Shown here: positions 14,324-27,408 of the stretch, one piece after another
Position numbering within the stretch: position 1 is the first letter of the stretch
How the letters are laid out: every line of letters begins with the position of its first letter
The notes under the pieces: generated by a model
Databases searched by the model: none
The model's input: only the letters and a program-made list of their open reading frames with translations
What the model was told of the DNA's origin: nothing
Made by a program: the position numbers and the translations under genes
DNA from: Octopus bimaculoides
Taxonomy: Eukaryota
DNA length: 64,000 nucleotides
Reading direction: 5' to 3'
Assembly (NCBI RefSeq): GCF_001194135.2
Contig: NC_068985.1
Coordinates: 22,240,899 to 22,304,898, forward strand

Positions 14324-14546
14324 TCCTTTGGCATTTAAACTGGCCATATCTGGCCCAAATATTCTATCTGTTTTATGTTCAAAGTGGCCAGGTCTAGCCT
14401 CTTATGCCTACCCTTCAAAGTCATTTGAAAATCACAAAATAAACAATTACACAATTGAGATCTTAAAACGACAAAATAAGCTATGATTAATTCAAAACAA
14501 TGTAAATAAGCATTACATTTGAGAGAGCAATCTTAATGCTAAAGGG
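14324..14546. mobile_element. piggyBac-type MITE (family 1)
   Basis: Flanked by TTAA on both sides, termini (t)cctttggcatt ... aatgctaaaggg. Related copies at 53268-53478 and 57530-~57690. Confidence 0.65.
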
Positions 14547-15301
14547 TTAAAACACTGTTTCAAAAGCCGAAATAATATCAACATAAATTTGTAGTATGTC
14601 TGTGTGTCCCACCAGAAACCAACTGTAAAGGCTTACAATTAATGTGCAACTATAGTGGTAAAAGAGGGGAGGGAGTAAGAGAAAAACAAGAAAAAAGTTG
14701 ACAGAAAGAGAAAGTGTGAAAACTAACTTTTCCATGAAAGAAAGTTGGGAGTGTAGTAATGAGAATTGATGAGAGAGAAAGACAGTGCAGGTTAACAGAT
14801 TATATTGCACATACATACACATAAATACGAAAGTATATAATCTGTCAAGAGATTACATGCCATACAAAAGCACAAGTGCACTTATGTTAACAGAAACCTT
14901 TCACCCACGCATACATATACAGATCTATAAATATTTTGTCAACAGATTACCTACAACAAGCACAAGCTGATACACATATATTTTATATAAAATGAACTGT
15001 GTCATCTCTTAATGAATTGTTAGATCACTAATAAAGGCTTAGTATTTTGCTTAATCCTACATACTTATCACTTTCCTTCTGCTTATTACCCATTAATAAA
15101 GAGGCCTACTGTCACTCTCACCTAGATCTCCACCATCACCTCAAAGTGGGCATGGCCAGGTGACAGAAAAAGAGGGGAAAAAGTATGAAAAGGCAAGAGA
15201 AAAAGTTAGCATGGGAGAATAAAGAAAATGAAAAGCAGGGAGTGAAATGAGGGTGAAACAAATGCAAGAGGAGATATGACAGTAACATATTGTCAATTCA
15301 T

Positions 15302-15379
<78 letters not shown>

Positions 15380-15387
<8 letters not shown>

Positions 15388-15520
15388 GTGAGAATTTACA
15401 AAAAGACAAAAAACAAAGACAGGTGTGTAAACAACAAACAGATGTATTGGTTTAACGCTCAGAAAGTGAGAAAGTCTTTTATGTTTCAGGCCTATGCTCT
15501 TCAACAGAAAGGAACACGGG
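15380..15520 (-). mobile_element. Penelope-type short repeat with a hammerhead-like motif
   Basis: Minus strand reads CCTTT CTGTTGA A GAGC ATAG GCCT GAAA CA TA AAAGA (15475-15512). Homologous to 40130-40290 and 20385-20497. Confidence 0.6.
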
Positions 15521-17519
15521 AACAAACATATGTAGGTCAATATTAGGCTGTATTCAAATCAAAATGTAAATGAAAATTAATGAAATGCTACTTCATCATA
15601 CTCATTATTATTATTGAGTGTAGGTGAGAGAGATAGAGAGAGCTGCTTTCCATCAGCACAATCTACAATAGGACATCCTGATGCATATATCACATTATCA
15701 TTTAACGTCCGTTGCCCATGCTGGCATGGGTTGGAATATATATAAACAGGACACAGTCGTGTGTCGATAAGCCAGCTGGAGGAGATGTCCTCCTGGGGCT
15801 AAAAGCAACAGTAACATCCACCCCTAGGGGTCAGCCACACTTAAGTGGCAATATACTACACTTTATATATATATTATAATATATATATATATATTATATA
15901 TAATATATAATATAAAAATGGATGGTACAATGAAATGAAGTATTGAATGTCTTATTGAATATATGGAATATGTCTTATTGAATATATGAAATATTGAGTG
16001 TTCAATATAAAGGATTAAATATATAAAGGTGAATACGTATTTTCAATACCTTGTGGTATTCATCATGGCCGGTATCTGACAGACTGTAACAGCTGGGTGG
16101 AGGTGCTTGTCACCCCCTTGTAAACAAAAGGACACAGGAAATATGTCAAGGCCGACAGGAAGCGGTGCAGCTTCCTAGATCTAACCAACAGTAGTATTAT
16201 TCCCTTCAGGGGACTGTCACATTAAGTTGACATCATACAAATACTTCATCGTATCACTACTGCATAAATCTCTCTGAGAGATTTAGAAATGTATTATTTC
16301 TAAATTAGAATTTATGTTCACATTTAATTTCTCTTGCCAATAGAATGCGTATTAGTTTACAAAGTCAAATCAAATATAGAAAACAGGTTATTTAAATTGA
16401 AAGTAAAATGCAATTTTTTTAAAAGTAATACTTTGTTATTTATCAGCTTGTAAAAACTGTACATCATTTCTCCAGTTAAACAGTTGGGATATATATCGTT
16501 TAACAAATAGGCCATATCCAGCTCATGAACATTTAAGCTGAACCTGTTGTTGTTTAACTTCATATCAGCTCTGATCAAACAATTCTATAATCAAAAGTAT
16601 TCTAGTAGTAATCATCAAATGTATTTTCTACACCAAAGAATCATTGTTTATCTAAGAAAGTAGAAAGTAAGTGAGGAAGATTTGACTGCTATATCTAGTA
16701 GATTGGGTGACCACATAAAATCTCTCTCATGTTGTGGGTTGTTTTCTGATGCAATGGTTAACCTGTTTATTATGTTAATTTCTTAATAATGTAGTTCAAT
16801 AATAGATATGTAATGTAATATGTTACGTTCATAATCTTAAAAATCACTTCAGTATTTTGAATAATAAAATACAAATATATTGTTATATTTTATAATCCTG
16901 TCAAATTTAGAACGACACTATCAATGAGGGATATAATCAATAACAAAAGGCCAGAAATGTCATAAGTAATAAAACAAATGTAATTCATTGTTTAAGAATA
17001 CACTTTTTTTCTTAATGGTTAAGAGAATGAAAGACTTTTCAGAGCATTCAAAACTAGTTGGATCAAAGGAAGTTATTCTCATATCAAAGACCAGGCCTGA
17101 ATATATATAGTGAACTCCACTCAACATAGTGAACTCCACTCCAAGGCAATCAAGACTCAGTTGCTGGTTTGAGTTTATAACTCAAGAGGAGCTTCTACAC
17201 AGTTCCTGCCTACTAAATTTCACTTGCAAGGCTTTAATACAAAGCTATGGTAAAAAGTTGCCTGGCCAAGGTGCCATATAATGAATCAAACCTGAAACCA
17301 TGTAGATGCTGGTCAATCTTCTTAACCACACAGCTATGCCAGTCTTCTTTATGTCATTTTATAAATAAGAAAATTATTGTAATTTAACTCTTTTGATACC
17401 AACCTGCCTGAAAACACCCTTGGTTCTACGATACAAGTGCCATGTTTTAAAATGATCTAAATTAAACCTTACCTCAACATTTTATGTTAATTTATGTACC
17501 AAACACCAGACTAATATGT

Positions 17520-17890
17520 ATTGGCACTCCGTCGCTTATGGCGTTGAGGGTTCCAGTTTCACGGAACAGCCTGCTCATGAAATTAATGTGCAAGTGGCTG
17601 AGCACTCCACAGACACGTGTACCCTTAACGTAGTTCTCGGGGATATTCAGTGTGACACAGTGTGACAAGGCTGACCCTTTGAATTACAGGCACAACAGAA
17701 ACAGGAAGTAAGAGTGAGAGAAAGTTGTGGAGAAAGAGTACAGCAGGGTTCACCACCACACCCTGCCGGAGCCTCATGAAGCTTTAGGTGTCTTTGCTCA
17801 ATAAACACTCACAACGCCCGGTCTGGGAATTGAAACCGCGATCCTATGACCGCGAGTCCGCTGCCCTAACCACTGGGCCACTGTGCCTCC
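17520..17890 (-). mobile_element. tRNA-derived SINE, near full length
   Basis: Minus-strand head GGAGGCACAGTGGCCCAGTGGTTAGGGCAGCGGACTCGCGGTC...GGTTTCAATTCCCAGACCGGG, with Pol III A-box and B-box-like motifs. Confidence 0.8.
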
Positions 17891-20384
17891 ACCAGAATAA
17901 TAATGACACAGTCATTTTACAAACTTCTTTATTGTTTACAAAATTAATTGAAAGAGAGGCTTGTATTTCAACAGAAATATTGTCACAAAAGGGTTAATAA
18001 TGCATAACTAGCAGCTTGTAAGGGGTACTGGTCAAAAATCCAGGATACTGTACTGGATTATTAGACAGAAATGAGTAAACATGAAATTAATTTAATATAA
18101 AACAAAACACCCAAAATATATCCAAGAATCAAAATTTATAGCTGTAAGTCTCCTCAGTAGTATTTAATAACATTAAAATGCTTGTTGTCATATTATCAAC
18201 AATAATCTAGAAATAGCACCATCCCTTATTATAACTTTACTAATACTAACATTTTTAACAATAACACTTGAATGAGACTATAATAATCAACAAGTAAAGC
18301 TATAGTTTCTAAATGAATAAAAATTATATTGTCCGTAGAATTGCTTCACATGCATTACCCACAAAGTCACCACATGTGTAATCAATTACTACACATATCA
18401 AGATAAAATTATCAACATTTAGCAGTAAGCTTTGTGATAAAATCTAGTTCAAACATCACAACTAGACAGATACTTTTAGCTTACTCTGAGGAATTCTACT
18501 AATGTGGAAAAGCTGAAACATACAACCAGCCAGCTTTTTGTCACTTTCTACTGTTAAGAAGTATGTACAAATGAATAGTTGACACTATTCCAGCAAATTT
18601 TCGTAAGAAGCAGTATGGTAACTTGCATAAGGCTTTGGTGTAGTAATATAAGAATGGTCATAGTAAAGAAACAGCAGCTACTGCAAACTAGTCACAGAAA
18701 AGCAAACAAATTCATTTTAAGCCATATATATAACAGTATATATACCATACATACACTTACATATGTGTGTGTAAAGACTACAATGCCACAAGGTATTTAT
18801 GATATGGAAAATTTTATATTTTTACTGATGTGCTAGTAAAACATCAATATTCTAAGTTTAAAATATATATATCAAATTAATAGCATAAGTTGTAGATACT
18901 TTTTAAAGTATAAAGATTTATAAATTATGACATGAAAACATATTTTACAGGATTAAGTAAATGAAATAATGTTTGGACAATACATCTTAGATTACAAAGT
19001 ATTAACTGGGAAAGTAATACACTAAACACAAGAATTCCTTCCATATTAGATACAACTTTGAATTTAAAAAAAAAAAAGACTTTAAGAATCTAAAATATCT
19101 TAAAAGAATGAAGAATAACCTGTGGAATAATAGTCAAATCTATTGTATTATAATTAAATATTGAAGAAAGTGCTAAATGATTAAAAGGGAAAACTGAGAA
19201 GGTACAAGTGATGCTAGATTCTACTATAGTGGAAGCTGCTTAGTATAATCCTGGATAATACTGTCAAACAGTTAATATTATCCAAATTCGTGGGCCTCAA
19301 ATATGCTCAGAAATTTGTTAGACCTTCTACTTAATCTTATTAGCCAGTTATTGTTATCTACAAGGCTTAATCCTAAAGTGATAAAAAAAAAAGTGGCTTC
19401 CATAGTATTTGGCTAAAATTAAAAATATAAAATAAGATATATGCATAACAAAAGAATGTTAGGAAAATAAACACAGTAGTTCTTTTGGCCAAGATAAAGA
19501 ATTACAAGGCACAACAGCTATCTAAAATATAACCAAAATATTCGTAGATAAATAACTGAGTGGAAAACCTAAAATTAAGTGCTTTCACCAATATTTTCAT
19601 GGCTTTATTCACTAACAAAGTTAGTAGATACAGGTGACATGGCTTTCACTGAATTAATGGGAAAAGAGAAAATTAGAAATACAAAAACAAATTTGAAACT
19701 AAAAATAAAATATTTGTCAATCAGAATTATTCAATAAAACAAAAACTCAATAGAAAGTTTGTACAGATATACATGCAGAACACTTCTGTCTTTAGAAATG
19801 GCAATAAGACAATAGTGACAAGTAAAAAGAAGAGCTATAGATATACAAACACATAAAATGTTTAAGATTAACATGAATTATAACAATGCAATAAGTTAAA
19901 GAAAATTTATTCTCTGTGGTTGGGTGCAAAGTCTTTTTATAACAGGAGGATATATAAACTATGGTATGCACCTTGCTACTTTACTGATTGGTAAAGTTGT
20001 TCCAAGATTTAAACATAGAAACATAAAAAGAAATTGTATATCACAAATCAATTAAGCCCGGTACTTCACTATTTATGCCAAATTCTTCACCCTAAGGAAT
20101 TCATGAAAATTGATATTAGTAAAATGGTACTACTATTTCTTTCTAATGTGTATACTCACTCTCCCACTTCCCTTTTAAAATATGTACATATAAATAATTA
20201 AAATATCAGGTTTATATAACCTAATATCACTAAACAGCATGTACAGGCATTGTTTTGTAATTTTGTCTTATTTTTCAGAGTGGCAAAATATACTCCTAAA
20301 AACAATTACAAAAGTATGAGACAAAGTGGGAAGAGGTGACAATATTAATGGCACCATAGGAAACTGATATTTATATATATATAT

Positions 20385-20497
20385 ATTATAGGGAGATTTC
20401 ACAAAAAAACAACAGATGAAGACAGGTGGCGTTGAAAACAAATAGATGTATTTGTATAACGCTTGGGAATTGAGAAAGTCTTTAACGTTTCGAGCTT
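20385..20497 (-). mobile_element. 5'-truncated copy of the Penelope-type short repeat
   Basis: Minus strand reads GCTCGAAACGTTAAAGACTTTCTC..., matching 40186 onward, but lacks the CTGTTGA half. Confidence 0.6.
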
Positions 20498-22571
20498 ATA
20501 TACATACATACACATACACACATAGTTATGTGGTTAAGAAGTTTGCCTTGCAACTACATGGTTTCAGGTTTAATCCTATTCAAAGGTATCTTGAGCAAGT
20601 GTTTTCTATCAAAACCTTGAACCAACCGATGGTTTTGTAAGTGAAAATTTGCTGGCTGGAAGCATGGTAACCTCACTAGTGCTGGTGGTATGGGAAAAAA
20701 AAAGCACCAGGTGCACACTGTGATGTGGCTGGCATTAGAAACGGTATCCAGCCAGAGAAACCATACCAAAGCAGAGACAGGAGCACAATGCAGTTCTCGG
20801 GCCCATAGAATCCCGTCAAACCACCCAAATCATGCCAGCATGGATATTAAATGATGATGACATGAAAATGTGTGTGTGTGTATGTGTGTGTTTTCTCATG
20901 GGCAGCTGTGTCCCACATACACAATATGCATGCAGTTTCAGTGGTTTAATGTCACAAAGACCAGCTGGGATACTTCAAAAAACTTGAGAGAGACAGATGT
21001 AAAAATGACAACAATGATGATGGTGATGATTTAAGATATTGATTCGTAACTTTGGCATAAGGTGACAAATATGTACAAATAAGGTATGAGCAAGTAAATA
21101 AACTTCAATATATTAATGATACTCATATCATTGAACTCAGAAGGATAGAAAGTGAAAATAACTCTGAGATTTGAGCTCAAAATTAAACTAAATACTGCTA
21201 ATTAAATCAATGTTAACATAATTAATGTAGGAAACATTAAAAAGTGTTAATTAGAAACAATTATGAATTGAGGAAAAAGTAATTAGTCAAAGATTAATAT
21301 CAATAATTTTTTAAGAGTATGGAAGATAACTCTCAACATGTTTCTATATCATTCTGACCTCATTGGCAAAGCATACTGCAAGCATTTTTTTAGACCTGTA
21401 CCCTACCATATCTAATCCCTACCACATCCTACCTTTGTATAATTAAAATATTAACAGTGATAAATAAATGAGGAAATTTTTTAGTGACTAATTATTGCAT
21501 CTATGCAGTAAAACGAACAATATTTTATAAAAATTCTCCAAGTTTAATATGTATAAAACAATGCAATGAAAGATTTCTGATTTAGAAAGAATTTACCAAA
21601 CTTGCTGACTTACAATACAAATTCAGGATATCTTAATTAATATATACACAGATGTAATTAATAACTAATTAAAATATTTACAAAGAAAAATATTTTTTTT
21701 TAAATCTGTTAGAAAACCATTTTTTTAATTATTATTCTCACAGTAAGATTAGTTTTAAACAAGCAAAGTTCTTGATTTAAAAATTATTTTTAATCAAGGC
21801 AGATTTAAATTATGAACATAATGTCTCAATCTGAAACACTTTGAAAAATATTTGCTGTGAAATTGTTCATTAATTTAGCAATTAAACTGATAGTTTTCTA
21901 AAGACATAGCTAGGTTTGTTTATTCATTCATACATACATAACATATGTGCATATATGCATACATATGTACACTCACGTTTCGTATGTATGTATGTATATA
22001 CACATATATACATATTGAAATTTACAATCTTGCTCTTTAATAGATTCCAACAGCAGATATTTAAAGCATTCCAAGCATTTTCCTAAGAAATAGAAATTTA
22101 AAGCTTTTTCCTTTGATGTTGTTTTATCCAAATTCCCTTTTTGTAGTTATCTACATAACCACCATTATGGTTTTAACAATCAAAATTTAAGCAAGTAGAT
22201 ATGGCTGTCTGGTTAGGAAATTTGCTTCATAAACCACATGGTTCAACTTCAATCCCACTGCACATTTCAGCCAAGTGCTTTCTATCAGTGCCTTGAATTG
22301 ATCAATGTCTTACATTATTTTTTTAAACATTTAGCTGAAGAAGGTGAGTAGGCATCATCTATGACTTTTGCAGGTTCTTTCAGACTCACAGTATTAATGT
22401 GGTTAATGTTCTGTTTGAACTTCTAACAAAGCAGTGTATATAAGACAGATTTTGGTTCCATATGAGGTGTTTAGTATAGGAGCTCATAAATGAGACTTAG
22501 AGAAGAAGCTTAATGTTGGGAATGCAAGCAATCATTAGAGAAATGTGAGGTAACATTTGTTATGATTTTAA

Positions 22572-23249
22572 GTGGGATCTATTTTAAAACGGGGGCGCCA
22601 GTATTTTCTTAACGAAACACTAACGAAACACTTTGAAACTTGGGACACTGGTAGAATGTGTCATATAAAACATCTTTTACTCTTAGTCTTCTTAACAAAA
22701 AAAAGGAATTTGCAAGTTATTCCATGTTAAAGTTGTCGTATTTCTGTAATTTCAACCAATCACTGACGTCTATTCAGCTCAAATAGAGTTACTGCTGGGC
22801 GGTCATAAAAATGTTATTCCCTGTGACATATTTCATCCGGTTTAATCGTAATTTATACGCATATATTGTTTATATAATAAATTACGCTGCGCGTATCTAT
22901 GTGTGTAACAATTTTAGAGTTCGGATTCTCGAGTTAGGGTTAGTTTTAGGGTTAGAGTTAGGGTTACGGTTACGGTTAACAGTCTAGTTAGGGTTAGTGT
23001 TAGGGTTAGGGGATTAATACGATATACACCGTTACAGCGCTAACTGTTTTCAACTGAATAGACGTCAGTGATTAGTAGAAATTATCGAAATAAGACAATT
23101 TTTTACATGAAATAAATTCGAATACAAAAATATTTTTCTGTTCTATAACACAAAATAGATAAGTATACGAAGTTTGAAAGTCTTTCCGTACCAAAAACAC
23201 TACATAAAACATTAAAGAAAACTGGTGCCCCCATTTTAAAATAGATCCT
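22572..23249. mobile_element. Non-autonomous long-TIR DNA element with internal TTAGGG-like repeats (possibly Kolobok-like)
   Basis: Termini ggatctattttaaaa(c/t)gggggc(g/a)ccagt..ttctt are inverted. Perfect internal 20-bp IR at 22758-22777 / 23054-23073. TTAA on both flanks (22568-22571, 23250-23253). Superfamily assignment is tentative. Confidence 0.7.
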
Positions 23250-25566
23250 TTAAGTGTTTTAAATGTGTTGTTCAAACCTTAGGATGGTGTGTGTGTGTGT
23301 GTGGTAATTACATCTTCATGCTGTTGAAGGAGACTGACCTCATTGGTGTTTTTGGGGTCTTTGTTTAGAAAGAAGTGCAAAGTCTGGTATGTGGAAATTG
23401 TGCAGAAGCCCTCTATATTATATATATAAATATATATATTGTATGTATAAATCTTTTGGCAAAAGGATGTAAATACAGCAAAAAAGTATCCTGTCTATAT
23501 TCGTTCTGCACCCAATTCATAGAATCATCAGAATGGTTAGTGAATCAATGATTGGCCAGTTGAGAACCTCTTAGCAACAGTATTTTTGGTCATAAATTGC
23601 AATATAAAATATAAGTAAAATAAACAGTAAATGAATATTATATTTCTCAATCTTCATATTCAATTTATTTATGGCAGACTCAGGTGTACTTCGAAGTTCA
23701 CCTATGTTTCCCTTGCCCATCTTTCTTTAGATAAATACTCAGCTTGATATTACATTCTAACCCCCACACACAGCCTACACAGATGATACCACCCTTCGTT
23801 CTTTCTGAAAGATATCATCAACCTACACCCCATACCAAATAGTGCACTAGAATAAAATCTCAAAAACATCTCCCAATAAGGACAGTCTCCTTCAACAACT
23901 CAAAATATCATTACTACACATATAAAGGAAACTAACTTGAACAACACCACCCTAAAGCATGAACAACATAGTTAAACACTTAAAGTCATAGCAAATATTA
24001 GTTCCCACAAATCTCTGATGATCTCTCACACCCCAGACACTAAGCTTCTTCTATGTCTCATCTACCACTATACTAAACTATAGACCCTATATTAAACACC
24101 ATGCTCAATCATTCTGAAGTTCAGATAGTACCAACACTTTTCCAACATACACCATACTGTAAAGTCCAAAAGGAAACACTAACCACATCAATTTCATCAG
24201 TCTGAAAGAAACTGCAAAAGTCACTGGTGCTTGCAGGCAACCCAACCCTCCAACTAAATATTTAAAAGAAATGCAAATTCATTTTCAAAATGCTGAAGTA
24301 TCACAAACTCAAACCATGTCCTAGTTAAGCTCTGAATCAAACTAAATTATCAAACATGCATAACATAACTTCAGAAATGTATCTTCAACAATTCATTACA
24401 CCACAAAGTAATACATAAGATTAATCTGAACAAGCCTGACAGGGGTGTCCTAACGTTTAAAAATTAGTCTGTATTCAATTGTTTTTGTTTATAACAAAAA
24501 AGGTTAGTGACAGAATAAAGCTGGATGTACTTTTGCAGTTCTGTTTTGTATAATAATATGAAACCAAATATTTCTAAAGATGCATCAACAATTCTAGACA
24601 AAGGTGCAGGGAGGAAGGATAAAAAGAAAACAACTGACTATCATAACTATAAGAGCTTTGGATGAATTCCATATACAATATCTAATAAGCAGAAAATAAA
24701 GTTAAGCATGTATTATTGGCTGGCTATAATGTTAACCTTAGCATAACATCAGCTATAGAATATGGGGTATAAAAAGAAGATAAGCTTTTTAAAAACCTTA
24801 TCTTCTCACTTTACTCTGACATGAGAAAATACAATTCTGTTCTCTAGAAGAATTGTTTTCTTTTACTTTACCAAAATACCTGCAAGTGTAAACCTATTTC
24901 TTTTCTTTTTAATATGAAATCCAGTCACTACTTGCTTCAGTTTCATGAAAGTTTTCAAATTCTCCTTAAATTCTTTTCTATGATTGAGTAATTCTTCCTT
25001 TTAACATTTACTTGAATGAAAGAATGTCTTTAGTTTTACTGTATTAAATTGTATTTTATGTAAATAAAAAGCTTTCAATAGAATTTATCATAAAAATTTA
25101 ATTGCTAAACTTTCCCTTGGAATACTAACTATTTCAAAATCTCTTACGTGTCTTAAAAAATAGTTAATATTGTTTACATATTTCATATAATCAGAAAATA
25201 TAAAGACTCCAGTTAGAAAAAAATTAACTATGCCAATGTCCACAAAATCCAAATACATTAAAATAGTAACATCAGCTTTGATAGAATCATTTTTCTCATC
25301 AACAGATCTAATAAAGACGAAAAAGCACATTAGATTGATATCATGTAAAAAAAAATATCAAGACTAAATTTGATAAGATCATAGATAAAGCATAAAATAA
25401 CTGAATTACCTCTAGGTAGAAAAAAGAAAGTTTAGGGCAATGTTCAGTGCATACTCTTCCCAAAAAGAAAACAAAAATGTCTGAAAAACTAATTTATTAG
25501 TTTGAGATTATCATACAGATATATCAAACTGTTTTACTACAAAGATATTTAATTTAACAGATTACA

Positions 25567-25605
<39 letters not shown>

Positions 25606-25656
25606 CAAATCTTAAGTCTGATCTGGATTTTATTTCATTTAGTGTTAGATTATCAG

Positions 25657-25710
25657 ATAGGATTCCTGACTTTCATCCAAGTGGCCTGGGTTCAAATCCC
25701 AGCATCTGAA
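25657..25710 (+). pseudogene. tRNA-Glu(TTC)-like pseudogene, 5'-truncated
   Basis: TAGGATTCCTGACTTTCATCCAAGTGGCCTGGGTTCAAATCCCAGCATCTGAA aligns with the 3' two-thirds of metazoan tRNA-Glu(TTC), with CpG-type decay. No intact acceptor stem or D-arm 5' half seen. Confidence 0.55.
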
Positions 25711-25864
25711 TGGGGTTAATTTAACGTATAGACATGGTTATGTAGTTAAGAAGCTTGCTTTGCAACCACATGGTTTTGGGTTCTGTCACACTGCATAGCA
25801 GCATAGACAAGTGTCTTCTACTAGAGCTCTGGGCCAACCAATGCCTTTTCATGAAAAAGATTCT

Positions 25865-26248
25865 GCAGGCTGTGTGGTAAGTAGCTTCCTTACCAACCAC
25901 ATGGTCCCAGGTTCAGTCCCACTGCATGGCATCTTGGGCAATTGTCTTCTACTATAGCCTCGGGTCGACCAAAGCCTTGTGAGTGGATTTGGTAGACGGA
26001 AACTGAAAGAAGCCCGTCGTGCGTGCGTGCGTGCGTGCATGCGTGCGTGCGTGTGTGTGTTTGTTCCCCACCATTGCTTGACAACCGATGCTGGTGTGTT
26101 TATGTCCCCGTAACTTAGCGGTTCGGCAAAAAGAGACCGATAGAATAAGTACTAGGCTTACAAAGAAGAAGTCCTGGGGGAGATTTTCTCGACTAAAGGC
26201 AGTGCTCCAGCATGGCCGCAGTCAAATGACTGAAACAAGTAAAAGAGA
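25865..26248 (+). mobile_element. Abundant bipartite SINE, full copy
   Basis: Head ggctgtgtggtaag..accacatggt..gggttcagtcccactgc..gaaactgaaagaagcccgtcgt, microsatellite linker, then body ..gtaacttagcggttcggcaaaagagaccgatagaataagtactagg..gtcaaatgactgaaacaagtaaaagag. Further partial copies near 7120-7440, 11200-11390, 25730-25850, 30380-30785, 32570-32720, 43235-43360, 44440-44600 and 46060-46240. Confidence 0.85.
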
Positions 26249-27367
26249 TATGTCATCATCATCATCATCACTATTTTAAGTGCATTTTACAATTTCTATG
26301 CTCTCATGGACTGGACAGGATGTCCTGGTTGGAGTCAGTTATTTAGAGTCACTAGCCTACTAGATAGCTCAGAGGACCATATCTTGCTCATATGTTCCAT
26401 TTTCATTTGAATTCTATTATTAGATTCTCTTCTTAACACCAACTGTTGTACAGAGCATATTGGGTGTATTTTATTAAGGCAGTAATGCTAAAGAGGTTGC
26501 CATGTTCTCAACAGGGCAAAACTAAGCAATATTATTAGTTGATGGATAAAAACATTGATGGATAAAAAATGATGGATAAAAAAGACAAAATATATGGTAT
26601 ATGAGTTACAACCATTTATGGTCTCAGTTCTAATCCCACTAACATCAACTTTGCCTTTCATCTTTCTAGGATCAATAAAATTACCAACCACATACTAGAG
26701 TCAATTTGACTATATCCTCCCCTAAAATTTGTGTCCTGGACCAATGTTAGAAATCAAAATTATTAATAGCAAAACCTCTTATAAAATATACATATATACT
26801 TACAACTCAAGTATTTTATAGTTAATGTTTAATTTTCAGCTTTCAATATTATTTCAGTTTTTTTATATTTTTGGGNNNNNNNNNNNNNNNNNNGGGGGGG
26901 GCTATTGAAATATAACAGTAAGTATTATAAAATTGCTTAATTCCCAACAACAAATTAGATCTAATGAAACATAAATATTGAGGAAGTGTACATAACCAGT
27001 TTTTACAACTCATTGCTGTAGTCCCCCAACCAATAATAACTCCCTCGTCTACATTTCAAACCACAAATACCTAAACATATTCAGTTATGTTCCTGAACAA
27101 TAATAAAATATCCTCTCTAAATCTGATCAAAAGAAACACAAACTGCATAAACATATCAAAATATCTGTAGCATAGACTGAACGACAGCAAATCAAGAATG
27201 CAAACATTTGACTGGCTATAACAGAACTAATCATTCAACTCATAACTAAAGTGCCACTTGAATTAGCATTTAACAAATTCTGCGAAAGGCAAAGTCCCTT
27301 GACAAAATTTCACTTTTTGTCATGATCTTTCAGGAAGTGCAGCTGAGAGCACAGATAATGTGTGCAC

Positions 27368-27408
<41 letters not shown>

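Noticed and set aside
22932-23011. True telomere or chromosome fusion site
   Set aside because: The repeats are short, degenerate and enclosed within a TIR element.
23690-24360. C/A-rich tract resembling a decayed retroelement
   Set aside because: No diagnostic motif could be read.
26215-26240. Hammerhead in the SINE tail (cagtc-aaat-gactg-aaac)
   Set aside because: It has a stem followed by GAAAC but no CUGANGA core upstream.
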